DNA of 13,883 nt from Arcobacter sp. (GTDB lineage: Bacteria > Campylobacterota > Campylobacteria > Campylobacterales > Arcobacteraceae). The position numbers were made by a program, and so were the translations under genes. Position 1 is the first letter of the stretch; each line of letters starts with the position of its first letter. Location: NCBI GenBank assembly GCA_965662175.1, contig CBFIGT010000062.1, positions 1-13,883 of the forward strand, written 5' to 3'. The notes under the pieces were generated by a model that was not told the origin of the DNA, searched no databases, and worked only from the letters and a program-made list of their open reading frames with translations. Below, one piece after another: positions 8,301 through 13,883 of this stretch.

Positions 8301-8982
8301 GTATTGTACTAATCTTATAATCACCAAAATCAGTACCTGTTTTTTCTAATAATATATCAAAAAGCATATTTAAATAACTAAATCTTTCCTCTTTTTTTAA
8401 CTCTAAAGGGTATGTTGAGATATTTATTAATTCTGTAGCAATTTCAATAGGTGAGAGTATTAAATCAATATAGCTAGTATTTATTGAAGCATTTGGCATA
8501 TTAGGGTATTTTGCACTATCCTCGCTTTGAGAAATAGTAATACCACCATGTTTTTTTATTTTTATTATTCCATCAGAACCATCATTTCCAGCTCCTGATA
8601 AAATCACACCAACGCATCTATCCTCTTTCTCTTTTGCAAGTGATTCAAAAAATTCATTTATTGATGGTGTAGAAAACTGTTTTTCATTGGGCAAAACTAA
8701 ATGAAACATTTCATCTTTAAATATTAAATTATATTTAGGAGGACAAACATAGATCGTATTTATTTTTGGTATCTCTTTATTTTCTACTGATTTTACACAA
8801 AGAGGTGAAAGAGGTGAAAGAATTTCTACTAGTTTTGATCCTTGATTAGGGTTTAAATGAGAGGTAAGCACAAAACATAAATTAGAAGTTTCACTTAAAT
8901 TAGATATTATTGTTTTAAGAGGTTCTAAACCTCCAGCACTAGAACCAATGCCCACAATAATTAAATCTTCATTTATTTTCAT
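5362..8982 (-). CDS. CheB methylesterase-CheR methyltransferase-coiled coil-PAS-PAS-histidine kinase fusion
   Basis: CheB motifs GIGSSAGG, SHL, LSGAGNDG; CheR motifs VTSFFRD, IWVCGCATGEE, FATDIS, CRNLLIYF, LFLGKSE; heptad EELETSNEELQSTNEEL; PAS (FEQAAVGI...VNQKLCDIIGYS...ITHPND); H-box GEMLGNIAHQWRQPL; HATPase NIINNSKD, DSGGGI, FDPYFSTK, GTGLGL. AGGAG RBS at 8996-8992. Confidence 0.95.
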   Translation of the reverse strand: MKINEDLIIVGIGSSAGGLEPLKTIISNLSETSNLCFVLTSHLNPNQGSKLVEILSPLSPLCVKSVENKEIPKINTIYVCPPKYNLIFKDEMFHLVLPNEKQFSTPSINEFFESLAKEKEDRCVGVILSGAGNDGSDGIIKIKKHGGITISQSEDSAKYPNMPNASINTSYIDLILSPIEIATELINISTYPLELKKEERFSYLNMLFDILLEKTGTDFGDYKISTIQRRVRKRMTFNKIDSIKEYIDLLKSSEKEAVLLQKELFVIVTSFFRDKQAFDELRNVIENSLINKEKEKPIRIWVCGCATGEEACSIAIILLELLKRNSMENKIQIFATDISAEAINVARSGVYLAERFTNFDLTLLNKYFIKNGDYYKVSKEIRDLIIFSKHDIVKDSPFSNMDLVTCRNLLIYFNSNLQKRIFSIFYNVLNKNGLLFLGKSESTTNLTNLFLIIDNKYKIFKKDLTAISPTIDNIAYNMKKFNTRNNPFKESRIQKAKKNTLLHDSLAQTILDKYFDSYLIINRENNIVYTKGNLDNYLKFPKGGFTQELFAFLKDSIRIDIRTGILKARREEEIVKLLVNFEKGKKVEIDIIPIVENDIATKGICIVFKKINLIENSDISSNNEIKYEMLNIQELKQELIETKETLQSTIEELETSNEELQSTNEELSHVNQELGIKSVELKSASAELEDINNNLENIIDKKTLEIKNINKDLEEKNRKLTHTLKLFEETFEQAAVGISHVSLDGKWLRVNQKLCDIIGYSKEELIELTFHDITHPNDLKEDLAYIKELIDGKIDNYSMNKRYYKKDKSTIWVNLTVSLVRVIETNEPDYFISVVEDISLQKIYQERLKLQKEEFETIFDYSHDSIAIVDLDTNLLRFNNAFINMTAYSSEYLLTKKFNDFIIEDEDLEKNISYIDEIINHGDLCNVEKNCKVNDDKLITVNMSASMLPDKKKVLLTLKDISNLKVMEQQAKLASMGEMLGNIAHQWRQPLSIISTSISGLKIKSDISGIEKEDINRCDEDIIKQCNYLSNTIDNFRNFLKGEKIISKLHIKEVLDETISLISASLNNNFIKLILNIDGDIQISGNKNELIEALINIINNSKDILKTNVINDEDRFIIISTKIIKNDKLELKILDSGGGISNTNIEKVFDPYFSTKHKSLGTGLGLTISHKILVERHNAKLYVSNENFNHENKSYTGACFKIIFNS

Positions 8983-9026
8983 TGTATAAAACTCCTAAAA
9001 TATTATTTAATACTATTTAATAAGAA

Positions 9027-9035
9027 ATAATAGCA
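9027..9035 (-). promoter_or_regulatory. Putative extended -10 promoter for the CheBR kinase gene
   Basis: TGCTATTAT on the minus strand, 44 nt upstream of the ATG. Confidence 0.4.
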
Positions 9036-9047
9036 TAAATTAGTAGT

Positions 9048-9581
9048 TTATTTTATAAAACCGTTATTTCTCATACACTTTAATATTTCATAAGTTTTAC
9101 TAACATCATAAGTTGCACTATGATAAGAATCAGGGTCAAACTCTATTCCATAAAAAATGCAAGTTTCATCCAACTTTGGGTTTTTGATATTTCCATTTTT
9201 ATTGAGTGCTTTTACAATATGTTTATTCTCTTTCATAGTACAAAAATGATTTTCAAAATGTGCTAATTTTCCTATATGTTTAAGTTCAAAACTTATATTA
9301 TGGGCAATCAAAGTTGAAGCCCCCTCACAAAACAAAGAAAAATCTAAATCCTCAGAAAAATAAGAGCTATATGATTTATCTTTTCTATAATCTAAAATCA
9401 ACTCAGGGGTTAATCTATGAACAGTAAATGAGTAGTAGTTTACAGGATATCTTGATAAATAATACCTATGAAATTTATCAACTACTTTATACTCACCATT
9501 TACAAGTTCAACTCTAACAGCAGCTGCTTCTATCACATCTTGGGCATTCATGCTATTTGTTTCAAAATCTAATATAATCAC
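9048..9581 (-). CDS. DEDDh (DnaQ-like) 3'-5' exonuclease
   Basis: ExoI ILDFET, ExoII IAHNISFE, FCTM...PKLDE, ExoIII HSATYDV. GTG start 6 nt after the dGTPase stop. Confidence 0.88.
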   Translation of the reverse strand: MIILDFETNSMNAQDVIEAAAVRVELVNGEYKVVDKFHRYYLSRYPVNYYSFTVHRLTPELILDYRKDKSYSSYFSEDLDFSLFCEGASTLIAHNISFELKHIGKLAHFENHFCTMKENKHIVKALNKNGNIKNPKLDETCIFYGIEFDPDSYHSATYDVSKTYEILKCMRNNGFIK

Positions 9582-9587
9582 CCTAGC

Positions 9588-11024
9588 CTACTTTAATGCA
9601 CTTAAAACTTTATACTCATCATAAGCAAAATCATCAGTCATACCTGAAATATAATCAATTATAAGTCTTGTTCTATAATACCACTCTTCTAATTTAAATC
9701 TTTCAGTATCATCTTTTGATAAGTTTGAGACAGAGTTTTTATAAGCAACTATATGTTTTGCTGATAATCTACGAATTAGTCTTTGGGATATAAAACAATC
9801 AATTCTTTTATCATTTACAAGCTTTTCAAAATCTTCACTTGATATTTTTAAAAGTGTGCTATAAGAGTCTAATAGTGTTGTCAAAATCTTATAACCTTTT
9901 AACTCCAAGGTTTGAATATCTTTGTTATTGTAAATATGTTTTATTGATATTTTTTGTAAAACTTCAACAGCTTTTGTATATTTACTATTTTTATCAAACT
10001 CCAAAAGAGCACTATTAAAGCTTCCACTAAATATCTCTTCATGGTTTTGAATATAAATATCTGAAACATGTTCAACCAAAGCGTGGGTTAATTTAGCCCT
10101 TGTTAGTGTTAAAAAAAGATTGAATTGATAGGGTTCATCCTCTTTCTCTTTTGCTTTTTTATAAAACTCATCAACAAGCTCAAATAGATAAGTTTCACCA
10201 ACTTTTTCACACTCTAGCTTTATCAAGGTATAAACCTCATCAAATTTTAAAATACCCTTATCAACAGCATCTTCCAAATCAGCATTTAAATAAGAGATAT
10301 CATCCGCAGCTTCCATTATATAAGTAAGAGGAAACCTACACCCTTTTTTCATATGCAAAGTTTCACAAATATTTTTTACAATATCCCTTTCACTATAATA
10401 AAATCCAGGCTTTTTCTTTAAATATGAGAACTCTTCTTCTTTTTTAGGTCTATTTTCAAATGCACCCCTTGTATATTTTAAAACAGAGGCTATTTGAGAA
10501 AAACTAAGATTTAATCTTTGAAGTTTTGTAATAACTCTAATAGCTTGTGCATTTCCATCAAAGTTGCAAATATCATTTACAAGCATACTCTTAAACTCTT
10601 GATTATGATTTGAACATTTGATTAAATCATCAAAAATCTTTATTCCACTTGTTTTCATCCAATCATTAATAGCAACCTCAGCAAAGTGACCAAAGGGAGG
10701 GTTTCCTATATCATGTAACAAACTTGTCATCTCAGATGTTGAGATAAATACATCTCTTAGTTTTTCTAAACCATACTTTCCATCACATTTTTTCAGTATA
10801 GTTTTAGCAATAAATCTAGCCGTTTGAGCAACTTCTAAAGAGTGAGTAAGTCTACTTCGTACAGCTGCATTAAGTTCTAGTGGAAAAACCTGTGTTTTCT
10901 TTTGTAATCTTCTTAAAGCAGGTGCTGATAATATTCTACCCCTATCACTTTCACTTGAAACATCAATATCTTTCATAGGGTAAAGTTCCCTATGTAAAGT
11001 TAATTTTTCACTATAATCTATCAT
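9588..11024 (-). CDS. dgt: dGTP triphosphohydrolase (HD-domain dGTPase)
   Basis: SDRGRI...RRLQKKTQVFPL...RSRLTHSLEV, LLHDIGNPPFGH, FDGNAQ, LKY, MEAADDISY, DLEDA, DYISGMTD. ATG at 11024; TTG at 11027 is an alternative start. Confidence 0.95.
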   Translation of the reverse strand: MIDYSEKLTLHRELYPMKDIDVSSESDRGRILSAPALRRLQKKTQVFPLELNAAVRSRLTHSLEVAQTARFIAKTILKKCDGKYGLEKLRDVFISTSEMTSLLHDIGNPPFGHFAEVAINDWMKTSGIKIFDDLIKCSNHNQEFKSMLVNDICNFDGNAQAIRVITKLQRLNLSFSQIASVLKYTRGAFENRPKKEEEFSYLKKKPGFYYSERDIVKNICETLHMKKGCRFPLTYIMEAADDISYLNADLEDAVDKGILKFDEVYTLIKLECEKVGETYLFELVDEFYKKAKEKEDEPYQFNLFLTLTRAKLTHALVEHVSDIYIQNHEEIFSGSFNSALLEFDKNSKYTKAVEVLQKISIKHIYNNKDIQTLELKGYKILTTLLDSYSTLLKISSEDFEKLVNDKRIDCFISQRLIRRLSAKHIVAYKNSVSNLSKDDTERFKLEEWYYRTRLIIDYISGMTDDFAYDEYKVLSALK

Positions 11025-11036
11025 CAATTTTCTTTC

Positions 11037-11462
11037 TTACTCTTCTATTATATAAAAAGTTGTTTTCCCAAATTGTTTATCATAAGAGTCACTTTTTTTA
11101 TTTGTAAAACTAGAAATAATCTCTCTAGCTTTTATAAAAGAAGAAGCAGTTGCTATTATCTCTTTTTTATCATCATTTGTAATAAGAGCTTTATTATTTC
11201 CTTTGCTATACTGTTTAGCTCTATTTATATCTTTGAAAGTACATTTGATAATATCAATATCTCTTTTTACATCAATTCTAGCTTTTTTATTTTCATCCTC
11301 AAATCTTAGTATTCTATTTCCATTTGAAGAGATTTTCATTGTAGTTGCTGTTTCGATATTTTCTACACCCTCTAATATAATATACTCTTTTCCATTTATT
11401 AATATCTCATCACTTTCTAATAGTTTTATCTCTTTAATAAGAGTTTTTTTTCCCTTTGCCAT
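11037..11462 (-). CDS. Hypothetical Lys/Ile-rich protein (141 aa), first gene of the dgt operon
   Basis: AAGGA RBS (11472-11468) before the ATG; TATAAT at 11490-11485; stop 9-12 nt before the dgt start. Confidence 0.8.
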   Translation of the reverse strand: MAKGKKTLIKEIKLLESDEILINGKEYIILEGVENIETATTMKISSNGNRILRFEDENKKARIDVKRDIDIIKCTFKDINRAKQYSKGNNKALITNDDKKEIIATASSFIKAREIISSFTNKKSDSYDKQFGKTTFYIIEE

Positions 11463-11484
11463 TTTAGTCCTTATAATTTATCGT

Positions 11485-11490
11485 ATTATA
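11485..11490 (-). promoter_or_regulatory. -10 box for the hypothetical-dgt-exonuclease operon
   Basis: Perfect TATAAT 22 nt upstream of ATG 11462, leaving room for the AAGGA RBS. Confidence 0.55.
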
Positions 11491-11522
11491 GCTTTTTTAT
11501 TATTTTTTACAAAATATTAACA

Positions 11523-11541
11523 AGTTGCATATGGTGAAACT
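11523..11541. promoter_or_regulatory. Palindromic candidate IclR operator AGTTGCA-tatgg-TGAAACT
   Basis: 7-bp arms with one mismatch, relatively GC-rich within a very AT-rich spacer; an IclR gene lies about 0.7 kb downstream. Confidence 0.55.
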
Positions 11542-11621
11542 GTAAAAAATTAATCATAAAATAAATATTAAATTAAAACTTTATCTTATAGAATTAATTA
11601 ATTTAAATAAGGGAGAATATT

Positions 11622-12185
11622 ATGTCAAAAAAAATACTTATAATTGCCGGAGATTTTGTTGAGGATTATGAGATGATGGTACCTTTTCAATGTTTACTAA
11701 TGCTAGGTCATAGTGTTGATGCCGTTTGTCCTGATAAAAAAGCAGGTGAGCAAATTAAAACAGCGATTCATGATTTTGAGGGTGATCAAACATATACTGA
11801 AAAACCAGGTCACAACTTCACTTTAAACGCAACATTTGATGAAATAGATGAAAATAGTTATGATGCACTTCTTATTCCAGGTGGAAGAGCTCCTGAATAT
11901 ATTAGATTAAATCAAAGAGTTTTAGAAATAGTTAGAAACTTCAATGATAAAAATAAACCAATTGCATCTGTTTGCCATGGTATTCAAGTATTAGTTGCTG
12001 CTGGTATTGTAAAAGACAAAACTTGTTCATGTTATCCTGCATGTTCTCCTGATTTAGCTATAAATGGTGCTAAATGGGCTGATATAGGATTTGAAGATGC
12101 TTATGTTGATGGTAACTTAGTAACAGCTGCTGCTTGGCCTGCTCATCCAAAATGGCTTGCAAAATTCAACGAACTTCTAGTTTAA
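11622..12185 (+). CDS. DJ-1/PfpI family protein (class I glutamine amidotransferase-like; glyoxalase III/deglycase-like)
   Basis: GDFVEDYE (catalytic Glu), [27 protein letters not shown], nucleophile elbow [13 protein letters not shown]. Strong AAGGGAG RBS. Confidence 0.93.
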   Translation: MSKKILIIAGDFVEDYEMMVPFQCLLMLGHSVDAVCPDKKAGEQIKTAIHDFEGDQTYTEKPGHNFTLNATFDEIDENSYDALLIPGGRAPEYIRLNQRVLEIVRNFNDKNKPIASVCHGIQVLVAAGIVKDKTCSCYPACSPDLAINGAKWADIGFEDAYVDGNLVTAAAWPAHPKWLAKFNELLV

Positions 12186-12193
12186 TCAACTTT

Positions 12194-12225
12194 ATAACAG
12201 AACTACCATTGTAGTTCTGTTATTT
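12194..12225 (+). terminator. Hairpin after the DJ-1/PfpI gene, probable intrinsic terminator
   Basis: Perfect 13-bp stem ATAACAGAACTAC / GTAGTTCTGTTAT with 4-nt loop CATT, 8 nt after the stop; the 3' arm ends in TTATTT. Confidence 0.75.
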
Positions 12226-12233
12226 GATATAAT
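12225..12233 (+). promoter_or_regulatory. Extended -10 promoter for the IclR gene
   Basis: TGATATAAT (TGn-TATAAT), 18 nt upstream of ATG 12252. Confidence 0.65.
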
Positions 12234-12251
12234 AAATCAAAAAGAGTTTTT

Positions 12252-12983
12252 ATGTCAACTATCAAATCTTTTTCAAAGGGTTTACACGTATATAAAACAA
12301 TTGTAAACTATGATAAACCAATATTAGCCAAACAGTTATGTGAAAAATTAAATATAGAAAAAAGCACTATGTCCAGAATTTTAAAAACTCTTTTTGAAGA
12401 GGGTTTTATAAGTTACTTAGATAAATCAAATGAGATTATTGCAACAGATATAAATAATAGAACTAAAGATAAAACAAGAATAGAATTAATAGTAAAAAAA
12501 ACAAAAATATTATTAGAAGAGATACATCAAAAAACAAATGAATGTGCCTATTTAGGTATTTTTGATAACTACAAAGTTTTATATTTAAACCAAATTGATA
12601 AATCAAATAGAAAATTAAAAACTAGAAATAATATAGGACTTGAAGCCCCACTTCATACAAATGCCTTAGGTAAATCTATTTTGGCATTTGGAAACTATGA
12701 TTTAGAAAAAATCAAACTAAACTCATATACCCACAACACAATAACAAATCTTGAAAATCTTCAAAAAACCCTAGATGAAGTTAGAGAAAATGGTTACTCA
12801 ATAGATAACACTGAATATCAAGATACTATGTGCTGTGTTGCTGTGCCATTATTCAACAAACAAAATATATTAATTGGGGCTGTTGGTATTTCAGGTACAA
12901 AAGATAGACTTAACTTAGAAAAATCAAAAGAGTTTGGGAAAGCTCTTTTAGATATTGTTAATAATCATTCAATAGTTTTATAA
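12252..12983 (+). CDS. IclR family transcriptional regulator
   Basis: N-terminal HTH (LCEKLNIEKSTMSRILKTL..EGFI); effector domain G..APLHTNALGKSILAF, YTHNTI, VRENGYSID..E...CCVAVPLF...GAVGISG. Confidence 0.95.
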   Translation: MSTIKSFSKGLHVYKTIVNYDKPILAKQLCEKLNIEKSTMSRILKTLFEEGFISYLDKSNEIIATDINNRTKDKTRIELIVKKTKILLEEIHQKTNECAYLGIFDNYKVLYLNQIDKSNRKLKTRNNIGLEAPLHTNALGKSILAFGNYDLEKIKLNSYTHNTITNLENLQKTLDEVRENGYSIDNTEYQDTMCCVAVPLFNKQNILIGAVGISGTKDRLNLEKSKEFGKALLDIVNNHSIVL

Positions 12984-12993
12984 AAGGAGTAAG

Positions 12994-13170
12994 ATGTTTG
13001 AAACTATAAAAAATATATTTAAAAAAGAGGAACGTTTTCCTTGTATTGTTTGGGATGGAAAAAAGATGAGTTATCCACTTTTGAGTAAAAAAGAGATGGA
13101 TGAGATAAACAATTCCTCTAAATATGAGGGTTGGTTTGCAAAACTAAAAGATGATAAGGAAGAAATATAA
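12994..13170 (+). CDS. Small hypothetical protein (58 aa), not in the ORF track
   Basis: AAGGAG RBS (12984-12989) and ATG 12994; MFETIKNIFKKEERFPCIVWDGKKMSYPLLSKKEMDEINNSSKYEGWFAKLKDDKEEI; its TAA overlaps the NUDIX ATG (TAATG). Confidence 0.8.
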   Translation: MFETIKNIFKKEERFPCIVWDGKKMSYPLLSKKEMDEINNSSKYEGWFAKLKDDKEEI

Positions 13171-13583
13171 TGATAAAAACACCATTTTTAACAGTTGATG
13201 GAATAATAAAACTTTATGATAAAGATGAAAATTTCAAAGGAATAGTTTTAATAGATAGATTAAATAAACCTCTAGGCTATGCAATTCCAGGTGGTTTTGT
13301 AGATATTGGAGAAACTGTTGAAGAAGCAGTTATTAGAGAGATGAAAGAGGAAACATCTTTAGATATAGAGATTGAATCCCTACTTGGAGTTTATTCAGAC
13401 CCAAAAAGAGATGAAAGATTTCATACGGTTTCTATTGTATATGTTTGTAAAGCATATGGTGAAGCTATTGCCCAAGATGATGCAAAAGAGGTGTTTGTAT
13501 ATGAAAAAGATAAAATACCCTTAGATAAGTTAGTGTTTGACCATAAAAAAATAGTTTGTGATTTTTTGGAAAGTGATAAATAA
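13170..13583 (+). CDS. NUDIX hydrolase (ADP-ribose pyrophosphatase-like)
   Basis: Nudix box GGFVDIGETVEEAVIREMKEETSL; YSDPKRDERFH and FDH motifs. Confidence 0.93.
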   Translation: MIKTPFLTVDGIIKLYDKDENFKGIVLIDRLNKPLGYAIPGGFVDIGETVEEAVIREMKEETSLDIEIESLLGVYSDPKRDERFHTVSIVYVCKAYGEAIAQDDAKEVFVYEKDKIPLDKLVFDHKKIVCDFLESDK

Positions 13584-13585
13584 GC

Positions 13586-13667
13586 AAAAAAGGTTTAGAG
13601 TCAAAACGGAGGGGAGAATGAAAAAACTCTAAACCTAAATTTAACGAGATACGTTCAAAAATTGCTT
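13586..13667 (-). ncRNA. Candidate ~80-nt small regulatory RNA with C/U-rich anti-SD terminator loop
   Basis: Extended -10 TGTTATAAT (13681-13673); weak 5' hairpin (AACG-tatct-CGTT core); 11-bp stem AGGTTTAGAGT/ACTCTAAACCT (13636-13626, 13601-13591) with 24-nt loop UUUUUCAUUCUCCCCUCCGUUUUG and a U tail. Confidence 0.65.
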
Positions 13668-13806
13668 ACCAAATTATAACATTCTGATAAAAATTTGGAA
13701 TAGGATAACTGTATAAAAAATATACAATCGGTTTTTCTCTAAGTTTTATAGGTGAATTTTATAATTAAATAGTAATTAGTTAGATTAAAAAATATAAGAG
13801 TTAAAG

Positions 13807-13883
13807 TGGAGCGGGAGACGAGACTCGAACTCGCGACAATCTGCTTGGAAGGCAGAAGCTCTAGCCAACTGAGCTACTCCCGC
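13807..13883 (-). tRNA. tRNA-Gly (anticodon TCC)
   Basis: Reverse complement GCGGGAGTAGCTCAGTTGGCTAGAGCTTCTGCCTTCCAAGCAGATTGTCGCGAGTTCGAGTCTCGTCTCCCGCTCCA: 7-bp acceptor stem, anticodon loop CT-TCC-AA, GTTCGAG T loop, U73 discriminator, encoded CCA. Confidence 0.98.

Noticed and set aside
7994..8320. Plus-strand 108-aa ORF
   Set aside because: Antisense to the CheR domain; its Phe/Ser/Leu bias is typical of the reverse strand of an A-rich gene.
8799..8821. 9-bp tandem repeat AAGAGGTGA x2.5 in cheB (LSPLSPL)
   Set aside because: In-frame, few copies and no sign of phase variation; probably chance or a tiny duplication.
9004..9022. Direct repeat TATTTAATA x2 upstream of the CheBR kinase
   Set aside because: Pure A/T in a very AT-rich spacer, so not distinguishable from background.
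11073..11520. Plus-strand ORFs 11073-11309 and 11203-11520
   Set aside because: Antisense to the 141-aa gene that has an RBS, promoter and operon context; the hydrophobicity is a reverse-strand artefact.
13608..13632. Plus-strand minigene GGAGGGGAGA-ATG AAA AAA CTC TAA (MKKL)
   Set aside because: Four codons with no downstream gene to attenuate; the promoter and U tail both point to the minus strand.
13709..13727. LexA/SOS box resemblance (CTGTATA...TATACA)
   Set aside because: Spacing does not fit CTG-N10-CAG and the right end reads CAA.
13807..13883. tRNA-Gly as the attachment site of an integrated element covering this window
   Set aside because: No integrase or transposase, and I saw no duplicate of the tRNA 3' end in the window.
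1..13883. CRISPR array, IS element or prophage genes
   Set aside because: No regularly spaced repeats, terminal inverted repeats or phage/transposase ORFs were seen by eye.

Overview
Very AT-rich bacterial chromosomal window. It looks like Campylobacterota, probably Arcobacteraceae, judging from the 'GEMxxNIAHQWRQPL' kinase H-boxes, AAGGA ribosome-binding sites and TGnTATAAT promoters; this is inference. In order it holds: a partial Cache-domain sensor kinase divergent from an OmpR-type response regulator; an EI24/CysZ-like membrane protein and a radical SAM/SPASM protein; a DEAD-box RNA helicase with a small acidic ORF; a 1206-aa CheB-CheR-PAS-histidine kinase fusion; a three-gene operon (hypothetical, dGTPase, DEDDh 3'-5' exonuclease); a DJ-1/PfpI protein; an IclR regulator; a 58-aa ORF missing from the ORF track; a NUDIX hydrolase; and tRNA-Gly(TCC) at the window edge. 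Best leads: (1) an unannotated ~80-nt minus-strand sRNA candidate whose C/U-rich terminator loop is antisense to an SD+AUG+AAA-AAA start region; (2) two back-to-back genes (radical SAM, DEAD helicase) with no ATG/GTG/TTG upstream of essential N-terminal motifs, apparently starting at ATA and ATC; (3) the dGTPase-exonuclease operon as a candidate nucleotide-depletion or defence module; (4) an IclR-type operator upstream of the DJ-1/PfpI gene.
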